Of a DNA stretch of 64,000 bases, positions 19,859-30,508 are shown piece by piece (within the stretch, counting starts at the first letter, position 1; each line of letters starts with the position of its first letter). The translations under genes and the position numbers were made by a program. This DNA comes from Candidatus Latescibacterota bacterium (GTDB taxonomy: Bacteria; Latescibacterota; CBDEFO01). The DNA lies in contig CBDEFO010000004.1 of NCBI GenBank assembly GCA_965237525.1, positions 416,001 to 480,000 on the forward strand, in the 5' to 3' direction. The notes below the pieces were generated by a model. It ran no database searches and was not told the DNA's origin. It worked only from the letters and a program-made list of their open reading frames with translations.

Positions 19859-22800
19859 GTGAGGATGGCACAGCCTTCTTGCAACCTTCCTGAGGCAAGG
19901 GAACGTCCACACTACAGAAAGATGAAGGGAAAGGCGAAGGAACTGCCTACCTGTCTTTGCCTTAGCGCATGTGCTCTTTACTTGGTGTTATCGTTTGACG
20001 CATCTTCGTCCTCGGCCCAAGAGAGGTCGACCCCCGATTTAATCGGGGGCGACTCCGTGTGGAACATTTTGGCACTAAGGGTTGAGTTCCCCGAAGAGGA
20101 GCCGGACGATCCTACAACCACGGGGGACGGTACATTTGATCTGAGGAGCTTCGAGGAAGCCCTCCCCTCGTATGAATTTCCCTACGACACACCCCCACAC
20201 AATCGCCAGTACTTCGAATGGCATCTTCAGGCCCTTGCCAACTACTACGATAAAGTCTCCGAGGGCAAGATAGACATCCGCTTCGATGTCTTCCCGGCAA
20301 AACAGGACTCCAGCTACAAGCTCCGACGAACAATGATAAGCTACGGAAACGGGAGGAATCAGGACGAGGTCGATCAAAGGTTGGTAGATCTGTTTAAGAA
20401 CGCCTTGGCCTTGGCCGATTCTGTGGAAGGGGACAACTTAGATTTTAAGCAGTACAACAGTTTCCTGATCATCCACGCAGGGATTGACGGCAGCACAGGA
20501 GCTTTGAACGACATCCCATCTGCCTATCTATCTCCTCGTGACTTTGATACTTTTGTGGGCGGTCCTGTCTTTGTGGAGGACGGATCTTTCGCCATAGATA
20601 ACGGTTGGATACTTCCGGAGTCTATAAGTCAAAATGGCGTAGGCGGCTTGAACGGGACGGCGGCGCGGATCTTTGGGAATCAACTGGGACTTCCGGGGCT
20701 ATCTAACTTTAAAGATAATCTCCCCGCCGTAGGTGGCTGGAGTTTGATGGATACCGGATTTATAAACGTGGGGGCTGGCCTTCTGGGATACGTTCCGAGC
20801 CACCCTATGGCGTGGTCGAAGATAGAACTCGGCTGGATAGAGCCCCTAAAAGTGACCAGAGACACGACTCTGACCATTGCAGCAACAGACATTTCGTCCC
20901 ACCATCCCAAAGCGGTTATGGTTCCCATAGACTCCGACGAATACTTTCTCCTGGAAAACAGACAGATGAGACGACGGGAGGATGAACTTCCCGATGTGGA
21001 GTATTCAACAGGGGACAGCGCGGGAGTGTGGCTCTCCCTCGACAGCTACGATGCCTATATCCCCGGATCGGGGATATTGATATGGCATATAGACGAGGCC
21101 GTTATAAGTGGAAAAAGAGCTACAGGAAGTATAAATGATGATCCCGTTGACAGCGGCATCGACCTTGAAGAGGCAGACGGCTATGAGGACATCGGCAATC
21201 CTATTTTCGATAGGATCGCCGGGATCGCCGGATCAAAGGAAGATCCTTTTTTTGTGGGCGGAACGACGGCCTTTTCGCCCTCTACTGTCCCGAGTTCAGA
21301 CAGCAAGTTCGGGGCAGTGACGGGTATTACGATAGTTGTGAAGGACTCCCTGCAAGATGAAATGACGGTGGAGATTACGTTTAACGCAAATAAGGAAGGA
21401 TGGCCGCTGTCCAGACCTTCCGGATTCATAGCGTCTCCAAAGACCGTTGATGTAAATGGAGATGGGGAAAAAGAGATAATAGCCGTCTCGCGCGATGGCA
21501 ATGTGCATATCTGGAGGTCGGATGGGACGACTCTTTCTGCCTTTGAGACGGATTCTGGTGTCCTCCTCGACCCTGCGGTAGGCGATGTAGATGGAGATTT
21601 GAAGCCGGATGTCCTGCTGGTTCACGAAAACGGAGACGTATCTGCATGGAACTCTGAGTCCACTTCTCTGCTGTGGAGAATGGAGGGGATAGGTGCCTCG
21701 ACGGCTCCAATTATCTCTAACGTGGATGCGGATGCGGCAGGAGAAGTTATAGTAGGCTTAGACGACGGTTCGATTGCTATTTTAAATGGCCAGGATGGGA
21801 GCCTCCTTCGCAAAGTGGAGACAGGAAGGTCAAAGATAGTCGGTATAGCAATAAAGGGCAAGGATATAATTGCTGTCAACGAAGAGGGAGAACTATTTAT
21901 CGTAGGAGAGGACGGAAGCGGAGAGCAGGTTCCGGTCGGCAATATCGAAGGTCGTCCCTCAGGTTCTCCCGTGCTTGGGGATACAGACGGAGACGGTAAA
22001 GTTGAAATTATCCTCCTGTCAGAAGATGGGATTTTAACTGTCCTGAGAGAGGATGTGCAGCGTCCTCTGTTCAGCGCTGACATCGGAGATGATATTCGGT
22101 CGTCCCCTATTTTGACCGATCTGGATGGAGACGGTTCTTTGGAGGTGGTATTTACGGGAGAGGGAAAGGTGCACGCCTGGAGGTTTAACGGCATCCCAGA
22201 GGCCAATTTCCCCCTCATTTTGCCTCTGAAGGATAAGGTCGGAGGGATCGCATCTTCGCCTATCGCGGCTGACATAGATGGCGACGGGGATCAGGAGATA
22301 ATTTTCGGGACATCGCAAGATCTGGTCTACGCCATCCGTTCTGACGGTCAAATAGCCTCCGGATTTCCTCTAACCTCGATCGGAGAAATCGTCTCATCGC
22401 TTGCAATAGATGATTTAGATGGCGACAACCGCCTCGAACTGTGCGCTCTGACCGCCTCGGGTACGGCTCATGTCTGGGACATATCCAAGATAGCTTCATC
22501 CTACACGGGAACCGATATAACGTGGGGTCAGTCAAACGCAGGTCCGGCTAATTCAGGAGTCTATCCGGGCGTTATATCGCCTCGCCCGCAATCTGTACGT
22601 CTTCTGCCTTCGGACAGGGCTTACTGTTATCCCAATCCCATAGATGGTGATTCGGCTCATTTAAGGTTCTTCCTGGGAGGAGAAGCCAGGATAAACGTCA
22701 AAATGTTCAACGGAGCGGGAGAACTTGTGGGAGAGGTGTCAAAGGACGATTTAGAACCCAGAACGGATAATGAGATCGTTCTGGATATGAGAGATTACAG

Positions 22801-22885
22801 TAGCGGTCTTTACATCTTTCGTCTTGAGGCTACAGGTAACGGGAAAAAGGAGGAGGTCTTCATAAGGGCGGCTGTGAGTAAGTAG
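19859..22885 (+). CDS. M6 (InhA-like) peptidase-fold protein with FG-GAP repeats and sorting domain; zinc motif degenerate
   Basis: IIHAG, WSLMD.G, WSKIELGW, EYFLLENR, GILIWHID, D.DGDG repeats, YPNP; start may be ATG 19922. Confidence 0.8.
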   Translation: MRMAQPSCNLPEARERPHYRKMKGKAKELPTCLCLSACALYLVLSFDASSSSAQERSTPDLIGGDSVWNILALRVEFPEEEPDDPTTTGDGTFDLRSFEEALPSYEFPYDTPPHNRQYFEWHLQALANYYDKVSEGKIDIRFDVFPAKQDSSYKLRRTMISYGNGRNQDEVDQRLVDLFKNALALADSVEGDNLDFKQYNSFLIIHAGIDGSTGALNDIPSAYLSPRDFDTFVGGPVFVEDGSFAIDNGWILPESISQNGVGGLNGTAARIFGNQLGLPGLSNFKDNLPAVGGWSLMDTGFINVGAGLLGYVPSHPMAWSKIELGWIEPLKVTRDTTLTIAATDISSHHPKAVMVPIDSDEYFLLENRQMRRREDELPDVEYSTGDSAGVWLSLDSYDAYIPGSGILIWHIDEAVISGKRATGSINDDPVDSGIDLEEADGYEDIGNPIFDRIAGIAGSKEDPFFVGGTTAFSPSTVPSSDSKFGAVTGITIVVKDSLQDEMTVEITFNANKEGWPLSRPSGFIASPKTVDVNGDGEKEIIAVSRDGNVHIWRSDGTTLSAFETDSGVLLDPAVGDVDGDLKPDVLLVHENGDVSAWNSESTSLLWRMEGIGASTAPIISNVDADAAGEVIVGLDDGSIAILNGQDGSLLRKVETGRSKIVGIAIKGKDIIAVNEEGELFIVGEDGSGEQVPVGNIEGRPSGSPVLGDTDGDGKVEIILLSEDGILTVLREDVQRPLFSADIGDDIRSSPILTDLDGDGSLEVVFTGEGKVHAWRFNGIPEANFPLILPLKDKVGGIASSPIAADIDGDGDQEIIFGTSQDLVYAIRSDGQIASGFPLTSIGEIVSSLAIDDLDGDNRLELCALTASGTAHVWDISKIASSYTGTDITWGQSNAGPANSGVYPGVISPRPQSVRLLPSDRAYCYPNPIDGDSAHLRFFLGGEARINVKMFNGAGELVGEVSKDDLEPRTDNEIVLDMRDYSSGLYIFRLEATGNGKKEEVFIRAAVSK

Positions 22886-22921
22886 GGGCAGACCCGTGTG
22901 TCTGCCCCAGAGTAGACAGGG
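22882..22921. repeat. GTAG-type REP hairpin plus AGTAGACAG motif
   Basis: gtaGGGGCAGAC-ccgtgt-GTCTGCCCC. Confidence 0.75.
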
Positions 22922-23009
22922 GAAAGGAAAGGCAGCGAGGTATCAGGTACTGGTCAAGGTCGTAGTTATCTTTGAAAATGATACAACTAAGCTTCTGGAG
23001 GTTAAGGAT

Positions 23010-23243
23010 ATGAAAAGCAAAGATAAGAGGCTTACCGCCCTCATCACCAAGGAGGCCACTTCGTGGTTTGTTGCTCATTGTATAGAATTGGGCGTTACAA
23101 GTCAAGGCAAGACGATTGAGGAAGCTCAGGTAAACCTTAAGGAGACGGTAGAACTCTACGTTGAAAGTTTCGGGACGGAGGACCTTCCTGAAAGTATGGG
23201 CGAGGTAGTTTTATATCCCCTCGAGGTCGCTGTAAGTGGCTAA
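23010..23243 (+). CDS. hicB: HicB family antitoxin
   Basis: FVAHCIELGVTSQGKTIEEAQVNLKETVELY. Confidence 0.88.
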   Translation: MKSKDKRLTALITKEATSWFVAHCIELGVTSQGKTIEEAQVNLKETVELYVESFGTEDLPESMGEVVLYPLEVAVSG

Positions 23244-23433
23244 ACTCCCGGTTCTCTCTGGGGTGGATCTGATTAGCATCCTCAAGAAGAATGGGTTCCA
23301 GGTGGTCCTACAAAAGGGAACTTACAGAACTGTTGTGCCTCTCCACGATGAACTTGCTAAGAGAACACTCTTAAGCATCCTGAAACAGTGTGGACTATCA
23401 AGGGAAGACCTGATTGACCTGATAAAGAAGTAA
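23236..23433 (+). CDS. hicA: HicA family toxin with an apparent internal deletion
   Basis: KLPVLSG.DLI.IL.K.GF...VPLH.EL...TL.SILKQ.GL; GSH motif absent. Confidence 0.8.
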   Translation: MAKLPVLSGVDLISILKKNGFQVVLQKGTYRTVVPLHDELAKRTLLSILKQCGLSREDLIDLIKK

Positions 23434-23563
23434 CAGATGGCAACAATTGAGGGCGGGTATTCTCCCCAAACAAGTGAGCAGATCCCGAAATTGCGATAGG
23501 ATGACTTTCTCCGATAAATTGGAGAACCCTCTGCCGCGCTTTTCTTTAGGTCCTGAAGCATTT

Positions 23564-26500
23564 ATGACTATGAAAGATAGATTACCCAAAAGATTGATCA
23601 GAGCGATATTCATAGCTTGCCTTTTGGCAATCCTTCCGGTCGCGGTAGCAAAGGCTCAGAATCATCCTGAGCTGGACTGGAAGACGTTTGAAACGGATCA
23701 TTTCAAGATATACTATCATCAGGGGCTGGAAAAGACCGCGGGGCTGGCTGCGGCTATCGCGGAGGAGGCTTACGGACCCATAACATCTCTTTACGATTAT
23801 GAGCCGGGAACGAAGGTGAGACTAATAATAAAAGATATGGAGGATTACTCGAACGGAGCTGCCTATTTCTACGATAATAAGATCGAGATATGGGCGACGA
23901 GTTTAGACTACGAGTTTAGGGGGACCAGAGATTGGCTTTCTGACGTCATAACCCATGAGTTTACTCACATAGTCTCTCTTCAGGCCTCTTTTAAGGCTTC
24001 CAGAAGGGTCCCGGCTGCGTTTCTACAATTTTTCGGCTATCAGCAGGAGGACGACAGGGACGATATACTCACGGGCTACCCCGATGTTTTAGTGTCGTAT
24101 GCCCTTCCAATGTTAGTCATGCCTCCGTGGTTTGCAGAGGGGGTTGCTCAGTATCAAGCTGAAGGCGTCAAGCACGATTACTGGGATTCTCACAGGGACA
24201 TGATCCTTCGGACGGCGGCGCTGAACGGAGGCGTCTTGAATTACTCAGACTTAAGCGTGTTCGAAAAGGACGGCAGAGGAAATGAGATGGTCTATGATCA
24301 CGGCTATTCTCTGGTAAGCTTTATAGCCCAGAATTTCGGGGAGGATAAGCTCAAGAAGATTGCCAAGAATATGTCCGCATGGTGGCGGATGAGCTTCAGC
24401 TCGGCGATAGAGGACGCTATCGGAATATCGGGAGAAAAACTTCACAGGGAATGGAAGCAAAGCCTCCTTCAGAATTACCAGGTTCAGGCTGAGGAGATAA
24501 AGAAAGGCATAATTGAAGGGGAAAAGCTGAAGGACGGTGGATACTCCAACAGGCATCCCACCTGGTCGCCCGACGGGCAGAAGCTGGCATATCTCTCCAA
24601 TAAGGGACGAGACTACAGTCTGTATGCTCTTTATATCTTTTCTGTAGAGGAGGATGTGGAAAAGGCTATAGCAGGAGGTGTCGTCTCATCCGTAAGTTGG
24701 TCACCAGACGAGGAAAAGATAATCTATTCTAAGAGAAGCAAGCCTGATAAATACGGGTCCCGGTTCTGGGACATCTATGAGTACGGCTTCAAGAGGAAAA
24801 AGGAAAAGAGGTTGACGCACGGACTGAGAGCGATCTATCCTGATCATTCTCCGGACGGGACCAGCATCACTTTTGTAAGGAACGCCGGAGGGACTAACAA
24901 CCTTGGGGTTATGAACTCGGACGGCACAGGTGTAAGATATCTAACTAATTTCGACGATTGGACGCAGTTATACAACCCGAAATGGTCATCCGATGGAAGT
25001 AAGATACTCTTTTCCATATCCAACGGTAGGAAAAGGGACATAGCTTTCATCCCAGCCGACGCCACAGCAGATAGAAAGATAACATACGTAGCCCGTTCGG
25101 AAAGTTCGGACGAGCGAGATGCGTGCTGGACTCCGAACGGAGATGGGATAATCTTTACATCTGATATAACGGGGATCTTCAATCTCTACTATATAGATCT
25201 TGAGGCTCAGAAGATGCACAGGATCACCAACGTGATAGGCGGTGCCTTCGACCCCTGTATCGCGTCCGATGGCAAAAAGCTGGCTTTCTCTGTCTACGGA
25301 GAAGATGGGTACGAAATACGGAGTCTATCTTTTGAGGACAAAGGGGATCCGATAGATCCCGATCCATTTTCAAGCCCCAGCGGACATTCCGCTTCAAATA
25401 ACGTTGCCTCACGCAACGGAAATTCCGCACAGATTCGGGAGAATAATACACTTGATGTAGGCTCCATATCGGAACCCTATGGGAGCGAATTTTCGGGCTT
25501 TTTGATTATGCCGAGGTTAGCCCTTGATGATGGTAAGTTCAAGTTAGGAACTTATCTGTCTTCAAGCGACGTTTTAGATAAACAGTCCATCCTTGGGGGG
25601 GTGCTCTTAGGAGGAAATTTAGATTCGGACATCTTTGTGCTCTACGATTACAAAAGGTTCAGGCCCACTTTCTTTTTGGAGTTTTACCGCCAGACGCGCC
25701 ACGTGGACGATAAGATATTCGACAGGGACAACGATGTAATCCTCTATGAGAGAGTATTCGATCTAAACGAGGCAAATCTGGGCCTAAGAGGCAAGTTTCT
25801 CGGGGACGATGAATTGCGAGCCGCTTTAGTTTTGAGCAGATATACGGAAAAACAGGAGGTATCTGCCTTCAAACAGAGCGACCGTAACAGGAGATTCTTC
25901 CCCTCGGCGACGTATTTCAACGGTATAGACCTCTCTTTGCGGTACAGATACAGATCGATTCCAAGAACAAGGGATAGGGACATAAATCCCAGAGGAGGCA
26001 GAGAGATCGCCTTCCACTACTCCCGCACCTTTAACCTTCTTTTAAAGGGATTCAGAGAAGATACGTCTGTGTTGGCGGAGCGATATAATAAGTTTTTCTA
26101 CAATCAGTTTACCTTAGATTGGAGGGAATACAGGGCTATTCCCTGGAACAGGAGCACACTCGCTTTGAGGTTCTATTTGGGCGTAATAGACGAGGAGGTT
26201 GACGACTTCTTCGATTACCACATAGGCGGGATCAACTATATGAAGGGATACACCTTCTACGGCCTTGAGGGCAGGAAGGCCGTTATGGCTAAGGCGATCT
26301 ATCGATTCCCGATATTTAAGAACATACGGAAACGCTTTTTGCACCTTTATCTTGACAAGATATACGGAGCTGTCTATGGGGACATAGGGAGGGCGTGGGA
26401 CAAAAGCTCTATAGATTTTAGGACTGAAGGATACAAAAAAGACATAGGGGGTCAACTGAGATTGGATTTAGTGTCTTTCTACGGAGTTCCCACAAGGATC

Positions 26501-26590
26501 GCATTTGACGCTGCTTACGGATTCGATGAAGTCAATTCTAAAGACCCTCTGAAATTTTACTTTTCGCTCCTGTTTGGATATTTGAACTGA
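23564..26590 (+). CDS. Secreted metallopeptidase + TolB/PD40 propeller + C-terminal beta-barrel protein
   Basis: HEFTH...WFAEG; repeated P.WSPDG; aromatic beta-rich C-terminus. Confidence 0.8.
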   Translation: MTMKDRLPKRLIRAIFIACLLAILPVAVAKAQNHPELDWKTFETDHFKIYYHQGLEKTAGLAAAIAEEAYGPITSLYDYEPGTKVRLIIKDMEDYSNGAAYFYDNKIEIWATSLDYEFRGTRDWLSDVITHEFTHIVSLQASFKASRRVPAAFLQFFGYQQEDDRDDILTGYPDVLVSYALPMLVMPPWFAEGVAQYQAEGVKHDYWDSHRDMILRTAALNGGVLNYSDLSVFEKDGRGNEMVYDHGYSLVSFIAQNFGEDKLKKIAKNMSAWWRMSFSSAIEDAIGISGEKLHREWKQSLLQNYQVQAEEIKKGIIEGEKLKDGGYSNRHPTWSPDGQKLAYLSNKGRDYSLYALYIFSVEEDVEKAIAGGVVSSVSWSPDEEKIIYSKRSKPDKYGSRFWDIYEYGFKRKKEKRLTHGLRAIYPDHSPDGTSITFVRNAGGTNNLGVMNSDGTGVRYLTNFDDWTQLYNPKWSSDGSKILFSISNGRKRDIAFIPADATADRKITYVARSESSDERDACWTPNGDGIIFTSDITGIFNLYYIDLEAQKMHRITNVIGGAFDPCIASDGKKLAFSVYGEDGYEIRSLSFEDKGDPIDPDPFSSPSGHSASNNVASRNGNSAQIRENNTLDVGSISEPYGSEFSGFLIMPRLALDDGKFKLGTYLSSSDVLDKQSILGGVLLGGNLDSDIFVLYDYKRFRPTFFLEFYRQTRHVDDKIFDRDNDVILYERVFDLNEANLGLRGKFLGDDELRAALVLSRYTEKQEVSAFKQSDRNRRFFPSATYFNGIDLSLRYRYRSIPRTRDRDINPRGGREIAFHYSRTFNLLLKGFREDTSVLAERYNKFFYNQFTLDWREYRAIPWNRSTLALRFYLGVIDEEVDDFFDYHIGGINYMKGYTFYGLEGRKAVMAKAIYRFPIFKNIRKRFLHLYLDKIYGAVYGDIGRAWDKSSIDFRTEGYKKDIGGQLRLDLVSFYGVPTRIAFDAAYGFDEVNSKDPLKFYFSLLFGYLN

Positions 26591-26593
26591 GAT

Positions 26594-26642
26594 GTAGGGG
26601 CTGGGTTTCCCAGCCCTTGGGCGAGCAGACCTCGCGCCTACA
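26594..26642. repeat. GTAG-type REP doublet
   Basis: gtaggggctgggtttcccagccc...gggcgagcagacctcgcgcctaca. Confidence 0.75.
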
Positions 26643-26720
26643 TATTTTTGATCATTAACCTCGGCCTATGAAAACGCACGTTAGAAACAATCGTTCCTTT
26701 TGTATTGCTGAACGGAGAAG

Positions 26721-27584
26721 ATGGACATGAAGGTTATCCTGTTGATACTCACTATGGCTCTTTTGTCTGGAGCTTCCGCTAGAATTTACGGCGCGCAGAA
26801 CGACGCTGAAACTGCACGATCGTTTCTGATTGTGGATAAGAATAGCCAGAGCCGATTTGAGTTGTCCGAGAAAATCGATCCGGATAGGTTTGACAATGCA
26901 GATCGTCCGACACAATTTGCGGGTATATCTGATCCTATAAAGATGAATTACAGTCCCAAGTCTCCTAAGAAGGCGTTTTTATTTTCTCTGCTTGTGCCGG
27001 GACTGGGGGAACTATACAGCGGAGCGAAAAAAAGGGGTATAGCTTTTCTGGGAATTGAGATTGCCTCCTGGACATCGTACGGAATATTTAGAGACAGGGG
27101 AAATGACATAGAAAAGGAGTTTCGGGCCTTTGCCGATCAAAACTGGGATAGAGAAAAATATTTAGAATGGCTCACCTCAGGATCTACCCGCGGAAATACT
27201 ACCCACGTTCTGCCTTCCAAAGAAGACGATATTCAGCAGTACTACGAACTAATAGGCAAGTACGATCAGTTCGTCTATGGATGGGAGGATAGGGACAAGG
27301 GTCCAAATAGCCACGGTTCTTTCGACCCAACATACACTGTCACGTCCGAAATGCGAGAACAATACGAAGATAGAAGAGACGACAGCAACAGAAATCTCAA
27401 AAGGGCGTCCTTCAGCGCGGGCGTGGTTCTGTTCAACCATGTAGTAAGCGCTGTGGATGCTGCTCTGCATGCAAAGTCCCTGAAGGGAAACGCGTTATTA
27501 GAAAGAAAGACCAAGTTCACAGCGAGAATGGAGAACAGTGACGGCCGCGATGTGTTGATGGTATATGTGTCCAGGAGGTTCTAA
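26721..27584 (+). CDS. DUF5683-like exported/membrane protein
   Basis: KSPKKAFLFSLLVPGLGELY; QQYYELIGKYDQF; NHVVSAVDA. Confidence 0.7.
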   Translation: MDMKVILLILTMALLSGASARIYGAQNDAETARSFLIVDKNSQSRFELSEKIDPDRFDNADRPTQFAGISDPIKMNYSPKSPKKAFLFSLLVPGLGELYSGAKKRGIAFLGIEIASWTSYGIFRDRGNDIEKEFRAFADQNWDREKYLEWLTSGSTRGNTTHVLPSKEDDIQQYYELIGKYDQFVYGWEDRDKGPNSHGSFDPTYTVTSEMREQYEDRRDDSNRNLKRASFSAGVVLFNHVVSAVDAALHAKSLKGNALLERKTKFTARMENSDGRDVLMVYVSRRF

Positions 27585-27596
27585 TTGTTCCCGACA

Positions 27597-27627
27597 CTGG
27601 ATTCCCGCTTTCGCGGGAATGACAGAC
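27597..27627. repeat. ATTCCCG-N-CGGGAATGAC palindrome (CGTC-type REP); second copy at 63803-63833
   Basis: ctggattcccgctttcgcgggaatgacagac. Confidence 0.85.
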
Positions 27628-27629
27628 GG

Positions 27630-28298
27630 ATGAGACAGATGAGAAGGCTCTTGCAGATTGCAATTCTTTTAGGTTTAATTGGCGGAATGCTGTTCACACC
27701 GCAAGCTTGTGCCGAGACGAAATCCTCAAAAGGCTCTTTCGTTTTGTCATTGATCGTTCCCGGTCTTGGGGAATACTACGTCCAGGGCATGAACAAAACG
27801 ACGAAGTTCTTCTGGAGTACTGAGGCAGCAGTCTGGGCCAGTTTCGCGGCTTTCAGGAAGTACGGGAACATAAGGGAAGAGGACTATAAAACCTTTGCTG
27901 CTGTGCACGCTAAAGCGTCGCCTGGGGGAAAGTCGCAAGAGTTCTTCGACGACCTCGGATTTTACTCCAGCGTGTACGAGCACAACAGCACAGCCCGCGC
28001 AGATGAGGGTCCCGGCGGATTCGTCTACTCTGAGGACGATCCGGCTTCTGTGTGGGAATGGAACTCTAGAGAATCCAGAAAAAGATATAGAGAGCTCAAA
28101 AACAGCAGTGAAGTTGCCCGGCGAAGATCGCTCTTTGCCATAGGTGCTGGTGTTCTGACCAGGACCATAAGCGCGATCAACGCTTCAAGAGTAGCAAAGG
28201 ATCTTGATAGAAGTCTTCCCTCGGATCGAGACTTAAGTTTCCGCGTAGAGACGGACTATGTATCCCACATTCACATCAGACTATCGAAGCACTTCTAA
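27630..28298 (+). CDS. DUF5683-like exported protein, paralog-like of the upstream gene
   Basis: Signal peptide; SLIVPGLGEYY; WEWNS; ISAINA. Confidence 0.65.
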   Translation: MRQMRRLLQIAILLGLIGGMLFTPQACAETKSSKGSFVLSLIVPGLGEYYVQGMNKTTKFFWSTEAAVWASFAAFRKYGNIREEDYKTFAAVHAKASPGGKSQEFFDDLGFYSSVYEHNSTARADEGPGGFVYSEDDPASVWEWNSRESRKRYRELKNSSEVARRRSLFAIGAGVLTRTISAINASRVAKDLDRSLPSDRDLSFRVETDYVSHIHIRLSKHF

Positions 28299-28300
28299 AC

Positions 28301-28490
28301 AAGTAGATAGCAGTCAGCAGACAGTAGACGGGCCTACCTCCCTTGAGATTGTTTCGCTGACCCTTCGGCTCGTCCTTGGCAAAACGCTCTGGGCTTCGGC
28401 TCGCGATGACATTACTTGTCTTTTCTCTTCCGTTATTGTCCGCTCCTGCCTTAGTCATTGAAAGGGACGAAGCCAGAAACAATCTTAATT
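28301..28490. repeat. Composite repeat: AGTAGAC motifs plus degenerate CGTC REP pair with extra sequence in the loop
   Basis: agtagatagcagtcagcagacagtagac; gagattgtttcg...cgcgatgac; gtcattg...aaacaatct. Confidence 0.7.
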
Positions 28491-28569
28491 AGACTACCTC
28501 TCCTTGTACGCTGTCCATTATTTCAGAACTTCATAATCCTGTCGGGACTATTTTGACCTAATACTTGAA

Positions 28570-30219
28570 ATGTTTCTTATCCTTCTTTTTGTGCTTTTAA
28601 CAACTTTCCCCGCCAGTCCCAGAGCCGAAGAATGCTTTTCAAAAGGGATATGCGGGACGTCCCGTATCCGGGATAGATCACCTGATCCACCTCCAAAGCC
28701 TTTGTCTTTGCCCTCATCTAAGCCCATATCCCTGGGGAAGTCTGAGATGTTTAAAGCCTACAATTTCCTGACATTTGAGCGCTACGATATAGAGACGACC
28801 TTACGAATTGTCGGAGATAATTGCTACGTCTTTGTGGAGGATTCTCAGTGGCAGTTGAATGTGACCCAGGAAGACGTGGAGCTTATGGCACATATCTTCG
28901 ACGAGTCTACAGACGCCGATCCGGGAAAAGGGGTATTCCAAATCGAAACCTCTGCTTTTGGCGATCCTCCCGACGTGGACGCTGATCCCCGAATATACAT
29001 AGTCCTTTTGGACATTCAGGACGGTCACGTGCCGGGAACTTCGACCAACTTTGTAGCTGGTTACTTCGATTTCAACAATCAGGTACCATCCAGGGGCAGA
29101 GAGATAGTCTATTTAGACAGCAATCCACTGGATCTGGAAGGTCGATTGGCCAAGGCTACGCTGGCGCATGAATTCCAGCATCTGATACATTGGGCACACG
29201 ATATTGATGAGGACGACTGGATCAACGAAGGACTGTCCGGCTATGCTGAGGATATATGTGGCTACGCTGACGAACGCTACGGGGCCCTCTTCCCAGCTAA
29301 TCCCAACAACAGTCTGACATTTTTCTCCCTCCCGATAGCCACAGAGGCGGACTACGACAAGACCTTCCTCTTTGTATCGTATTTTGCGGAACACTACGGA
29401 GGCCTTCCCACTGTAAGGGAACTTGTGGATACCAAAGAGAACGGTATTTTGGGGATAGATAGGACTCTTCAGAAGCTGGCATTGGCCGCTCAATTCAAGG
29501 ATGTCTTCTCAGACTGGACAGTCGCCAATTACCTGGATGACAACGGCAAGTACGGCTACAGCGGACTCGACATAGACAAACCTGAAACGTCCCTGGAAAA
29601 TTTACTGCCAGTTGAGACGTCCTCCGGTCGAGTCCAAGGATGGGCGGCTCAATATATAGAGTTTGTAACTGGAGAGAACCTCAAAATCACGTTCACAGGG
29701 GAGGGCTTTACTCCACGTTTGATATTGAGGAGGAACGGAAAAGCTCAGATTCTGGACTTTCCTGCTTCGGATGAGGACTTAAACTCCACCTTGGAAGCTA
29801 TAGAGGCAGATACGGTAACGCTTGTTGTAGCAAAGACCTCTGATTTTGGCGGCAACTATCGATACTCTGCTCAAGCGAGTACCATCTCGCTGGTGCAGGA
29901 AGAAGAGACAGATTTTGGCCTTCTGCCTTCGAACTGGGAGCTGGAAGGCAACTTTCCGAATCCTTTTAATCCCACAACTTTTATTACCTTCCTCGTTCCT
30001 CCCGAAGGAGATGGCGCACAGGTCGAACTTGATATATACAATTCTTCGGGACAAAGAATTACCAGCCTTGTAAATGAGATAATCCGAGCGGGGAGCTATC
30101 GTCTCAACTGGGACGGTAGGGATAAAAACGGCGATCCGGTCTCAAGCGGGGTCTATTTTGCGCTCCTCAGAACTTCACAGAGCGGCGTCTTCCAAAAGAA
30201 GATGACGCTTCTAAAATAG
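28570..30219 (+). CDS. Secreted zinc metallopeptidase (M30-like) with FlgD-Ig/T9SS-type C-terminal domain
   Basis: AHEFQHLIH...WINEGLS; NFPNPFNP...WDG...VSSGVYF. Confidence 0.85.
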   Translation: MFLILLFVLLTTFPASPRAEECFSKGICGTSRIRDRSPDPPPKPLSLPSSKPISLGKSEMFKAYNFLTFERYDIETTLRIVGDNCYVFVEDSQWQLNVTQEDVELMAHIFDESTDADPGKGVFQIETSAFGDPPDVDADPRIYIVLLDIQDGHVPGTSTNFVAGYFDFNNQVPSRGREIVYLDSNPLDLEGRLAKATLAHEFQHLIHWAHDIDEDDWINEGLSGYAEDICGYADERYGALFPANPNNSLTFFSLPIATEADYDKTFLFVSYFAEHYGGLPTVRELVDTKENGILGIDRTLQKLALAAQFKDVFSDWTVANYLDDNGKYGYSGLDIDKPETSLENLLPVETSSGRVQGWAAQYIEFVTGENLKITFTGEGFTPRLILRRNGKAQILDFPASDEDLNSTLEAIEADTVTLVVAKTSDFGGNYRYSAQASTISLVQEEETDFGLLPSNWELEGNFPNPFNPTTFITFLVPPEGDGAQVELDIYNSSGQRITSLVNEIIRAGSYRLNWDGRDKNGDPVSSGVYFALLRTSQSGVFQKKMTLLK

Positions 30220-30341
30220 ATCTTACCTTTTCCACAAGAAGTCGTTGGATACACCCTATCCAGGCGATAAATTACCTTGTGTTCCACGATGGCTTTTCCA
30301 ACAGTTTAAAGAAATCGGGTGTTGTCGGGCGAAAATATATA

Positions 30342-30370
30342 TTGACAAGAACGTCGAAAAAGCCTATCTT
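30342..30370 (+). promoter_or_regulatory. Sigma70-type promoter
   Basis: TTGACA-17 nt-TATCTT. Confidence 0.6.
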
Positions 30371-30508
30371 GTTATCCATTGGCAATAACATGCAGTTAGT
30401 CGTTGGGTTGAGCAAAGCTCGTAGCCCTCCTTTTGCTCGCTGTCCTGTGTTACGGTGCGGCACAATACACTCGACAGTGTTGAGGCCTCATAACCGAGGA
30501 GGCGAGTA

